DNA from: Candidatus Hermodarchaeota archaeon
Lineage (GTDB): Archaea; Asgardarchaeota; Lokiarchaeia; Sigyniarchaeales; SOKP01
Length of the DNA stretch: 64,000 nucleotides
NCBI GenBank assembly: GCA_048885535.1
Contig: JBHLLO010000006.1
Location: 15,915 to 79,914 of the forward strand
Direction: 5' to 3'
Positions 55,581 through 64,000 of this stretch are shown piece by piece. The translations under genes and the position numbers were made by a program. Each line of letters begins with the position of its first letter. The stretch's first letter is position 1. The notes beneath the pieces are model-generated. The model saw only the letters and a program-made list of their open reading frames with translations, searched no databases and was not told where the DNA came from.

Positions 55581-57815
55581 TTGAGGCGCTTAAAGAAACT
55601 TTCAATGTTTTCTTTCTTCTTATTATTATTTACAATAAGCCTTATCTCTCAGTTTAATTTTACCAAAGCACAAATCAGCGAAGAATCTTTAATCCTTAAG
55701 AAAAGTTTTCAATTTCTTGAATATTCGAATAATATTGGGGATGACATTAATTCAAATTCCATTAATATTACTACTCCTTCATCTACATGGAATCTTACAA
55801 CTATGGAGGTAAACTTTACTCAAGTGAGACTTGATAAAGAAATAATAAAAATTGAAGAGGGTAGCGACGATTTTGAAAAAATTTATAAATCAGATAAAGC
55901 ATGGGCAGTTCAACTTAACATAACAGAAGAGATTCTTCTTTTTGGAGTGTATATCTATGGGTTTAAAAGCCCACTTGACCCAATAAATCCTGTCTATGTT
56001 CAAATAAATGGATATGATAAAAATTTCAATATTCCCAACTCAACTGTTTATGGTGAACCTGTTTTAATAAACATGAGTAGTTCTGTAGCACTGTGGTATT
56101 TACAAAAGTTTCCTGAACCAGTTCCTCTACATAGAGGACAATATTTCTTAGTTGTAAATGGTATTTCTTATATACCAAGCGATAATTCAGAATATTCATG
56201 GTTTCTTAATACTACTTCTATCCATACTAATTTACATATTGCTAGATACTATAGTGGTTCATGGAGTGACCAAGGTATAGGAAAAGTATTCTGCCATAAA
56301 TTAATCCAAAGACGTGATAAGTTGTTTAACCCAGAAGAAATAAATATGTCAATTCAAGTAGATAATCAAGATTATCCTATACCAAATACAGGATTCTTTA
56401 ATATTTCAGATATTAATTTATCAACAGATAATACAACATTTATTAACTTTCCTATTAAACATAATCAAACAGTTGAGATTATTTTTAATGCTACTTATTC
56501 TGCTAAACTTGTAAACATTCAATACCAACAAGGCTCTGTATTAATAAAAAAGAATCAAGAAAATTTATGGAATATAGACTTCATACTTTCAAGTATTTTT
56601 GATAATTATTCAGTAAAGTTTCATTATCCTTCTAATTGGGGTAATTTGGAAATTTTAAGAAATGATGTTAATGTTACATCGCAGGTTTCTGTCGATCCAA
56701 TTGAATACATTATACTTATTACTAACGATCTTATACTTGATAGTGATAATTGGCAAATATGGGCAAGTAGCCTTCGAACTGAATTTGATTTAGATATACG
56801 ACGTAATGAGTATAATCCCGGTCAAGAATTAAGATTTTCAATTGATACTTTAGCACCATCAGGTAATTATACGTTTGTATTGTATGATGCTGATCATTAT
56901 AAAGTTGAGGATGCTCAGCAAACAATTACTTATCCTTTAGATGATACTTTTTCTTTTGAGATTCCTTCAAGTTCAATAGGGGGAGAATACTATGCATTCA
57001 TATACTTTTTTGATGGAATAAATGCAGGTGTAGAAACTGTTACATTCATAATAACTATACCTTTTACTATTGATCCTTTAATGTTAATTCTTATCATACT
57101 ATCAGTCTCAATATTTACAGGAATCATATTATCTATAGCTATAGCTGCTAAACGTTATAAGAGAAAAGTTATAACACGGAAAGAGGAAATAATTAATAAG
57201 TGTACGGATATTTTAAGTCTGAATTATATAATGGTTGCTGAAAAAAAATCATCTTTAAATGTATATGAACAAGTTTTTACATCGAAAAAAATTGATCCCA
57301 CACTTATATCTGGATTCTTATCAGCAATTCATTCTTTTGGAATAGAATTAACAAACACCGATGAAAAAACTCAAACAATTAAACTTGAATTCAAGAATTC
57401 AAAAGTCATAATGTCAGAATTTAGAGATTTCCGAATTGTCTTAATTATGAACCAGTTACCTTCAAATAAGTTTTTGGATTCTATTAATAATTTAGCTTTT
57501 GATATAGAGCTATATTATAGCAAATACCTTGAAAATTTTAAAGGGAATATAGATCCTTTTATAGGTATTGAAGATTTACTTAAGAAACATTTAAATATTT
57601 CATTCTTATATCCATTAAAAGTAGTTAAGACAGGGAAAACAAAAGTGGATCAAACAGAACGTATGATAATTGGTCGTTCTTTAGAAATTATGAAAAAGAG
57701 TAAACAACAATACTTCTATGTTGCACATTTAATGGATACAAAAGAATATGATTCAAAGAATATTGAAGCAATTTTCAGCTTAATTGAAAAAAATATCTTT
57801 CAACCAGTTATTTAG
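55581..57815 (+). CDS. Single-pass membrane protein: signal peptide, beta-rich ectodomain, TM helix, cytoplasmic longin-like domain
   Basis: N-terminal signal (..TKAQ); many NxS/T sequons; TM LMLILIILSVSIFTGIILSIAIAA; then LNYIMV...DPTLISGFLSAIHSFGIEL. Confidence 0.75.
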   Translation: MRRLKKLSMFSFFLLLFTISLISQFNFTKAQISEESLILKKSFQFLEYSNNIGDDINSNSINITTPSSTWNLTTMEVNFTQVRLDKEIIKIEEGSDDFEKIYKSDKAWAVQLNITEEILLFGVYIYGFKSPLDPINPVYVQINGYDKNFNIPNSTVYGEPVLINMSSSVALWYLQKFPEPVPLHRGQYFLVVNGISYIPSDNSEYSWFLNTTSIHTNLHIARYYSGSWSDQGIGKVFCHKLIQRRDKLFNPEEINMSIQVDNQDYPIPNTGFFNISDINLSTDNTTFINFPIKHNQTVEIIFNATYSAKLVNIQYQQGSVLIKKNQENLWNIDFILSSIFDNYSVKFHYPSNWGNLEILRNDVNVTSQVSVDPIEYIILITNDLILDSDNWQIWASSLRTEFDLDIRRNEYNPGQELRFSIDTLAPSGNYTFVLYDADHYKVEDAQQTITYPLDDTFSFEIPSSSIGGEYYAFIYFFDGINAGVETVTFIITIPFTIDPLMLILIILSVSIFTGIILSIAIAAKRYKRKVITRKEEIINKCTDILSLNYIMVAEKKSSLNVYEQVFTSKKIDPTLISGFLSAIHSFGIELTNTDEKTQTIKLEFKNSKVIMSEFRDFRIVLIMNQLPSNKFLDSINNLAFDIELYYSKYLENFKGNIDPFIGIEDLLKKHLNISFLYPLKVVKTGKTKVDQTERMIIGRSLEIMKKSKQQYFYVAHLMDTKEYDSKNIEAIFSLIEKNIFQPVI

Positions 57816-57891
57816 ACCATCAAAAGTATCCTTCTTTTTCAAATTTTTTGAATTAAGAAAGTTATTTATTTTAATAAATAGAATAACCATT

Positions 57892-59403
57892 ATGAGTGAA
57901 AAACTGAATGTATTATTTATTATAACAGACGCTCAACGAGCAGATCATTTAGGATGTGCAGGAAATCCCATAGTAAAAACTCCAAATATTGATAAATTAG
58001 CTAAAGAAGGTGTTCGATTTACAAATCATTTTTGTACAAATCCTATCTGTATGCCTAATCGAGCTACATTAGTTACAGGTGTTTATCCGAATGTACATGG
58101 TGTAAGGAGTAATGGCATAAATTTAAATCAAGAAATCCCTACTATTATTCAAACATTAAAAAAGTGCGGTTGGTATACTGCTGCGATTGGAAAGATTCAC
58201 CATCAATTTTGGTTAGGAGCATTCAAACAGCGATCTAAGTCTGCTGAGAGTTTTGATGAGTGGGCAGATAAAAAAATTTCATCCGAAACATTTCCCCCAG
58301 ATTATTATGGTTATGAAGAGGTAGAAGTAATTTCAGGAAATGGATCTGTTTGTGCTGGACATTATTTAGAGTGGTTAGAAGAAAAAGCTCCCCATGAAGC
58401 AAAGAAAATGAGAAAAAGAGTAAAAAATTATGATAATCTATTCAGTCTCTTCTGTGAAGAAATACCAGAAGAATTATATAATACTACATTTGTAAGAGAA
58501 AGAACACTTGCATTTTTAGAAAGGTATGCACGTGGAGATTATGGGAATAAGCCTTTTTATCTACATTGCTCCTTTCCAGATCCCCATTATCCTTTATATC
58601 CTCCTAAAAAATACCAAAATATGTATAATCCTGATGATATCGCCCTTCCTTCAAATTTTTCAGATATCAATAACTTATATCAACACAAATTTTTAGGGCC
58701 ACATTTAATGAATCCACCGTTTAAAAAAGCCTTTTTACGTGAATCAAGTGAAGAAGAAGTCAAAAAGATTACTGCTTTAACTTATGCAGCGATAGCTTAC
58801 GTGGATTATAGCATAGGAAAGATCCTTGCGGCACTGGATAAGCTAGGTTATTCAGAAAATACAATAATTGTATTTATGAGTGACCATGGAGACTTGATGG
58901 GTGAACACGGCTTACTCTTCAAAGGTCCATGTCCATTTAACGGAGTACTACAACTTCCATTGATTTGGAAAGTCCCAGGATTAAAAACTTCAGGTGTTTC
59001 AAACTCTTTGGTAAGTTCAATTGACTATCCAAAAACTATTCTAAACCTCTTAGAAATTCCAGACCGACATCATCTCCCTTATATGCAAGGTTATGATATT
59101 ACTCCAATTATTAGAAATCCGAGTAAGAAAGTGAGATCATGTGTTTTTATTGAGAATGATGAAGAAGTAGGAACACTTGAAGCTCGGCTGAGACACTTAA
59201 TAACAGAAGATTTTAAACTGACAATATATGAAAGTTTAGAGAATTATGGAGATATATATGATCGGAAAAATGATCCAGATGAATTGCTTAATTTATGGGA
59301 AAATGAGAATTATAAGGATGAAAAAATCAAACTAATAAACACACTCTTACATCAGAATTTAAAAGCTCAGACTAAGTACCCAAAGAGAATAGCGGGAACA
59401 TAA
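57892..59403 (+). CDS. Sulfatase (formylglycine-dependent, arylsulfatase A-like)
   Basis: NVLFIITDAQRAD, CMPNRA (CxPxR), GKIH, SFPDPH, SDHGD; likely start ATG 57892 (MSEKLNV). Confidence 0.92.
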   Translation: MSEKLNVLFIITDAQRADHLGCAGNPIVKTPNIDKLAKEGVRFTNHFCTNPICMPNRATLVTGVYPNVHGVRSNGINLNQEIPTIIQTLKKCGWYTAAIGKIHHQFWLGAFKQRSKSAESFDEWADKKISSETFPPDYYGYEEVEVISGNGSVCAGHYLEWLEEKAPHEAKKMRKRVKNYDNLFSLFCEEIPEELYNTTFVRERTLAFLERYARGDYGNKPFYLHCSFPDPHYPLYPPKKYQNMYNPDDIALPSNFSDINNLYQHKFLGPHLMNPPFKKAFLRESSEEEVKKITALTYAAIAYVDYSIGKILAALDKLGYSENTIIVFMSDHGDLMGEHGLLFKGPCPFNGVLQLPLIWKVPGLKTSGVSNSLVSSIDYPKTILNLLEIPDRHHLPYMQGYDITPIIRNPSKKVRSCVFIENDEEVGTLEARLRHLITEDFKLTIYESLENYGDIYDRKNDPDELLNLWENENYKDEKIKLINTLLHQNLKAQTKYPKRIAGT

Positions 59404-59428
59404 AAAAAGAAATCAATTTTTTAGGTTT

Positions 59429-59806
59429 TCATAAAAAAGTACCTAATAGAATTAGAACGCCTGACACAGTAAAAATTAAGGGACACAATTTAAACACGAT
59501 GAATTTTGCTCGAGCTCCTGTGAATAAGGAAAGGATAGCTAAACAGAAAAGCATAATTGAGCTAATTAAGTTAACATAACTGACTAGTAAAATACAAGAT
59601 TCTCCTAAAATCGTAATTAACGTTACAAGAAGCCCAATAAAAATTAACGCCAAACCTTCAATAATCCATTCCATAGTTATTATATACTTATTATCTTGAG
59701 TTATGTCACCAAAATCTTTTACAATATTTTTAGTAGGATAAAGATGACTAATTCCCCAAAATATCGTAAGGATTGCTCCAATAATTACTAAAATTATATT
59801 TGTCAT
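59429..59806 (-). CDS. Small four-TM membrane protein
   Basis: Hydrophobic; WGISHLYPT, MEWIIEG and FKLCP motifs. Confidence 0.7.
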   Translation of the reverse strand: MTNIILVIIGAILTIFWGISHLYPTKNIVKDFGDITQDNKYIITMEWIIEGLALIFIGLLVTLITILGESCILLVSYVNLISSIMLFCLAILSLFTGARAKFIVFKLCPLIFTVSGVLILLGTFL

Positions 59807-59908
59807 TACTATTATTCTCCTATAATTTTCTTCCTAATATTCTATTTATTGGTTTAGAAATATTCATTCATATAAAAATTTATATTGACTTATGTGAATT
59901 AATTAACA

Positions 59909-60826
59909 ATGGCTTTAGAAATATATCAGATGTTCATTTTATTGATAATTGGGGCTCTTGTTGGTATTGGTATGTGTTTTATTGGCCAAACTGGACAAGG
60001 TCTTGTCATGCCAGTGGTCCTTATGTTAACTGGGGATGTGTTTTTAACAATTGCAGTTAATTTATTAAACGATTTAATAACCGCCTTGGCTGTAAGTGTT
60101 GGGTATATAAGAAAAAGGGAATATAAATTTCAAAAAAATATTTTTTTACTAATATTGATTGCTCTAACTTTTACATTTATTGGAGTTTTTATTTTGATGG
60201 TAACTCCTATAGGGAGTATTTATGGATGGTTTATACCTTTATTTATTATTTTTTTGGGATTAATTTTCATTAAGAGTGGATATGCAACAACAGAGCGCTT
60301 AAAGAAAATGGTTAAAAGCATATATCGAAAGTTTTTAAAGCTTGAAATTGAAGAAGAACTTGATAAATTCCAACAACACCATCATACAAATATAGAAACA
60401 ACTGAAATAGACGAAGTAATCCCTTCAGGATCCAGATTATATTATATAGTTGCTATAGTGTTTGGACTTCTCTTAGGAATTAATTCAGGCTTATTTGGAG
60501 CAAATTCAGGATTGATTATTGTTTTAGCATTAATAATCCTTTATGGGTATCCAATAAAAAAAAGTATTGGAACCGCTCTTATACTAAGTGTCATTGCTAG
60601 CCTATTTACATTTACACTATATCAAATTCTTGGAGTTTCAATAAGAGGAACATTTTATGTCAATTTTGAAATCTCCCTTTTTTTAGCGATTGGCTCGATT
60701 ATTACTGGCGTTATTACTTCAACCTATGTTCAAAATTTATCAGCAAAAAAAATGGGTCAAGCTATGGGTATTGTTATGCTAAGTTTAGGATGTATTGCTT
60801 TCGTTTTTTACCTTCTATCTCAGTAA
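59909..60826 (+). CDS. Sulfite exporter TauE/SafE family protein
   Basis: Two repeats of G...G..G..GG-type helices (GINSGLFGANSG; KSIGTAL). Confidence 0.8.
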   Translation: MALEIYQMFILLIIGALVGIGMCFIGQTGQGLVMPVVLMLTGDVFLTIAVNLLNDLITALAVSVGYIRKREYKFQKNIFLLILIALTFTFIGVFILMVTPIGSIYGWFIPLFIIFLGLIFIKSGYATTERLKKMVKSIYRKFLKLEIEEELDKFQQHHHTNIETTEIDEVIPSGSRLYYIVAIVFGLLLGINSGLFGANSGLIIVLALIILYGYPIKKSIGTALILSVIASLFTFTLYQILGVSIRGTFYVNFEISLFLAIGSIITGVITSTYVQNLSAKKMGQAMGIVMLSLGCIAFVFYLLSQ

Positions 60827-60912
60827 AACATTTCTACCTTTTCTTATAATCTTAAATATTTCTTAAGACAATATTTATCTATTCTATAATTTCTATTAAA
60901 AAATGATAAAAT

Positions 60913-62220
60913 TTGACTGAACTTAAAAAATACTCAAAACTTACAACTTTAGTAATTCTGTTAGCTGCATTTATTGCATGGATGCATGACGGATATTCAC
61001 TAGTTATGGTGACACTGCTAGCTCCTGAACTAAAAGCATTTTTTGGAGTTGGTGATTGGCAGATAGGTCTTGTCTTTTCATTGCAATTTGTATTTACAGT
61101 TCCAGGGGCCATCCTTTTCGGTGAACTAGGTGACCGTTTTGGTAGGAAAAATGCATTAATCGTCTCTATAGCATGGGATGCCATTTTTTCCTCTTTAACT
61201 TCATTAGTACCTGCTAACTTGTTTGCACTTTTCGTAATTATGAGAATGCTTTCAGGTTTAGGAGTTAGTTGGGGGCTATCTTTCTCGTTAATATCCGAAC
61301 ATTTTTCGCCTAAAAGAAGAGGTGCGGCGGGTGGTTTGGTTCATGCAACGTTTGTATTAGGATATGTAGGAGCCATAATAACAACCTTAATAATTCGACC
61401 TTGGCAATTTTGTTTCCTTACGGCACTCTTCCCAATACCTTTCATAATACTTTTTTGGTTTGCTTTACCTGAATCAGCCGTTTGGTCAGAATATGAACAA
61501 ATTCGAAAAGAGAAACAAATCAAGCAAAAGATAAGGTTGAAAGAAATTTTTACTAAGAAGTGGTTAAAAATAACTGTTCTGTTAATAATTCTTTTCTGGT
61601 TAGCAGAAGTAGCATATCATTCTTTAGTGGATTTTGCGCCAACTTTCTTTCAATATTTGTTTGCTAATGCAGGAGCTAGTAACTATGAAAGCGTCTCAAG
61701 ACTTTTTATGTTAGTTCTTATGGTAATTGCTGCGTTTGGTTTGTTTTTCTTTGGATTTTTAAGTGATTATCTAGGTAGGAAGAAAGCTTTTCTAATTGAT
61801 AATATCAGTGGGATAATTGGTGGTGTGTTATTTGCTATTTTTACAAAACTACTATTTAATAATGAAATGATACTGGTATCCTCTGTATTTATTACACTCG
61901 GTTTCGGTCTTCATGGAATATTTGGAGTTTGGTCTTCCGAATTATATGATACTGAAGTAAGAGCCTCTGCGAACTCGATAATCTTTTCTGTAGCACGTGG
62001 AGCAGGTTTGGGAGGACTTATTGTGGGAGTTATTTCTGATGCTCTTAATCCCTTTAGTGCAAACCCTTTTAGCAATCCATTTGTTTCTCTTCAAGCGCTT
62101 GGCACTGGAATGCTCCTTAGTTTAGCTGCTTTCATTGGAGTTTTTATCGTATTAAATTTCGTACCCGAACCCAAAGATAAGACTATAACTGCTTTAAGTA
62201 AAACTGAGCTTAAAGCCTAA
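60913..62220 (+). CDS. MFS transporter (aromatic acid/sugar porter-like)
   Basis: GELGDRFGRK, SEHFSPKRRG, GFLSDYLGRK, SELYDTEVRA, VPE. Confidence 0.92.
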   Translation: MTELKKYSKLTTLVILLAAFIAWMHDGYSLVMVTLLAPELKAFFGVGDWQIGLVFSLQFVFTVPGAILFGELGDRFGRKNALIVSIAWDAIFSSLTSLVPANLFALFVIMRMLSGLGVSWGLSFSLISEHFSPKRRGAAGGLVHATFVLGYVGAIITTLIIRPWQFCFLTALFPIPFIILFWFALPESAVWSEYEQIRKEKQIKQKIRLKEIFTKKWLKITVLLIILFWLAEVAYHSLVDFAPTFFQYLFANAGASNYESVSRLFMLVLMVIAAFGLFFFGFLSDYLGRKKAFLIDNISGIIGGVLFAIFTKLLFNNEMILVSSVFITLGFGLHGIFGVWSSELYDTEVRASANSIIFSVARGAGLGGLIVGVISDALNPFSANPFSNPFVSLQALGTGMLLSLAAFIGVFIVLNFVPEPKDKTITALSKTELKA

Positions 62221-62404
62221 ATCATTTTTTTTATTTCTTTTATCTTTTACCTATTGTTAAAAGATTCCTTATTGGAATCTAATAAAAAGTTAAACTAATA
62301 AATCTGTAATTTCTTATATAATTTCAAACATTTATATAAAATAAGACAAAAATTTTTTTATAAGTGGAAAAGCATTAAAATAACAGATAATAAACAAATA
62401 TAAA

Positions 62405-64000
62405 ATGGGTCAAGGCTTGAATAAAAAAGGTCTTTTAATTATTATTTTAATATTTTTAGCTCTATTCTTTAGTTTTAATACAATTTTTAAAGGCGTAAAG
62501 GCTCAAGGGCACGACCTAATTTTAAATTTAAATAAAAATTTTGAAATAATTCAATATTCTGATATACATGGATTAAATTCAGCTGTCAGTTCTATTGATA
62601 TAGATTTACCAACTACTGAATGGAATATTACGAAGATTGAATTAGATTTTACGAATCTTACTTTTGAAAAGGAGACCTTAATTGTAGAGGATCAACCAAC
62701 CGGATTTGAACGAGTCTATTATACAAATGGAATTTTTAATAATTTAGGCTTAGCGACTCAAATTAGATTAGATCATCCCGAAACCATTTATGGTGTGTTT
62801 ATTTATGGAAATAAATCTGCTACACAAAATATACAAATACAGATTCGAGGATACAATGAAATAAATAATACTCCAAATGGTACAATATATGTTTCTCAAA
62901 TTCTCAATATATCTACAACTCTTGGATGGTATCTGCAAAATTTTTCAACTCCTCTTAATTTACCAAGTGGGAATTACTTTTTAGTTTTAAATGGAACTAA
63001 TTTTAGTGTTAACGGTCAATATTATTACTGGTATTACAATTCAAATCCTAGCGATCCTTCATTATATTCAGCGACTACTTTCGTGGATAGTGTTATCTGG
63101 GATAACGGAGTAGATAATAAAACATTCCTTTACAAGATAATTCGCAAAAGTAAAGCCCCACTTTTTCCAGAAAGTATCAATATGTCTGTTAATATAGATA
63201 ATCAAGACTACCAAGTGTTGAATGGCGGAGAAGAGGGAAATGGAGTTTTATCTCAAACATTTCAAAATTTTCGTCCTGAAACTCTTACTCTTTCTTTCAC
63301 TGTCCATAATAACGCTTCAAAATCATTAGACTTCAATATTTCCTATCATTTATATTTTGAGGAGATTTTAGACTCTCCAGGTACAGTAAGTATACAAGAA
63401 TCTCAAAATAATCAATGGATTCTTTCCCAAATATTTACTCGTTATACAGATAATTATAGCGTTAAATTCAACATTCCTAGTACATGGGAAAATATAAGTG
63501 TTTATAGAGATGGGCAAGATATGAAATCAAATGTAACAATTAATGAAAACTACATACTTATGCCAAATAATACTCTTATTGATAACGCTAATTGGGAGAT
63601 AATGGCGGAGTCTCCAAATTTTTCTTTTGGGTTAAATGCTCCAAAAACAAATTATTATTTGGGACAAGAAATTCAATTTTCGTTAGCAACACTTACATTA
63701 GAAGGAAACTATACATACATCTTAATAAATTCTGCAGATATTGAGGAATTTAGAATTATTAAAACCATACCTCCAGAGACTAATCTATTTTCCTACGAAC
63801 TTCCCTTGAGTTCTCCTGATGGAACCTATATTGCATACATATTCTGGAACAATCAGACCGATGCAGGGGTTGCGACTCAAGAATTTATTATTTCTTTCTC
63901 TGTAACACCCCCACAAGATAATAGTATTTTCATTATAATCATTTTGGTTTTGACTATAGCACCCAGTTCTGTGATTGTAGCCTACGTAGCCTACAAGAGA
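62405..64000 (+). CDS. Single-pass surface/receptor-like protein, paralog of 55581..57815; runs off the window end
   Basis: Not in the ORF track. ATG 62405 MGQGLNKKGLLIIILIFLALFF...VKAQ. Shares WN(I/L)T, GV(F/Y)IYG, WYLQ.F, YFLV.NG, PE.INMS, YSVKF..PS.W.N, GNYT with the paralog. Reaches a TM helix (IFIIIILVLTIAPSSVIVAYVAYKR) at the window edge. Confidence 0.8.
   Translation, partial: MGQGLNKKGLLIIILIFLALFFSFNTIFKGVKAQGHDLILNLNKNFEIIQYSDIHGLNSAVSSIDIDLPTTEWNITKIELDFTNLTFEKETLIVEDQPTGFERVYYTNGIFNNLGLATQIRLDHPETIYGVFIYGNKSATQNIQIQIRGYNEINNTPNGTIYVSQILNISTTLGWYLQNFSTPLNLPSGNYFLVLNGTNFSVNGQYYYWYYNSNPSDPSLYSATTFVDSVIWDNGVDNKTFLYKIIRKSKAPLFPESINMSVNIDNQDYQVLNGGEEGNGVLSQTFQNFRPETLTLSFTVHNNASKSLDFNISYHLYFEEILDSPGTVSIQESQNNQWILSQIFTRYTDNYSVKFNIPSTWENISVYRDGQDMKSNVTINENYILMPNNTLIDNANWEIMAESPNFSFGLNAPKTNYYLGQEIQFSLATLTLEGNYTYILINSADIEEFRIIKTIPPETNLFSYELPLSSPDGTYIAYIFWNNQTDAGVATQEFIISFSVTPPQDNSIFIIIILVLTIAPSSVIVAYVAYKR

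Noticed and set aside
57784-57891. N-terminal extension of the sulfatase as given in the ORF track
   Set aside because: Overlaps the upstream gene end and looks intergenic; ATG 57892 gives the typical sulfatase start
2723-61523. Short overlapping ORFs in the track (e.g. 2723..2920, 3602..3916, 16240..16518, 16738..17124, 33222..33512, 46741..46971, 50927..51241, 60879..61184)
   Set aside because: Antisense or alternate-frame shadows of well-supported genes, with S/F/L/I-rich composition and no motifs
1-64000. tRNA/rRNA genes, CRISPR arrays, transposases, integrases, defence systems
   Set aside because: No GC-rich structured islands, spaced direct repeats or recognisable mobile-element/defence proteins seen by eye; a covariance-model scan was not possible

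Overview
Very AT-rich, gene-dense archaeal chromosome segment. Gene content points to an Asgard archaeon, most likely Lokiarchaeia/Promethearchaeia: RadA, EndA, CdhA, three Ras-superfamily GTPases, V4R, roadblock/longin-like and RING-like domains. From left to right it contains: (1) a 2-hydroxyacyl-CoA dehydratase/activase operon; (2) two VIT1/CCC1-like membrane proteins and a DUF47 protein; (3) a complete but rearranged nine-gene A/V-type ATPase operon (K-C-H-F-E-A-B-D-I); (4) housekeeping genes (endA, MEMO1, PfkB kinase, OsmC, radA); (5) a dispersed alpha-glucan/glycogen gene set (two GH57 branching enzymes, NDP-sugar pyrophosphorylase, degenerate phosphohexomutase, GalT-like protein, maltokinase, GH57 glucanotransferase); (6) a neighbourhood rich in eukaryotic-signature-like proteins (N-extended Arf-like GTPase, V4R, Rab-like GTPase, HhH-GTPase-roadblock fusion, vWA-double RING-like protein, SNAP/TPR-like protein) interleaved with a stand-alone cdhA and an MtrH-like gene; (7) two paralogous single-pass receptor-like proteins flanking a sulfatase/TauE/MFS block. 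Direct reading supports ATT and ATA start codons for two genes that the ORF track truncates. I saw no rRNA, tRNA, CRISPR array or mobile element. All calls come from motif recognition by eye, with no database searches.
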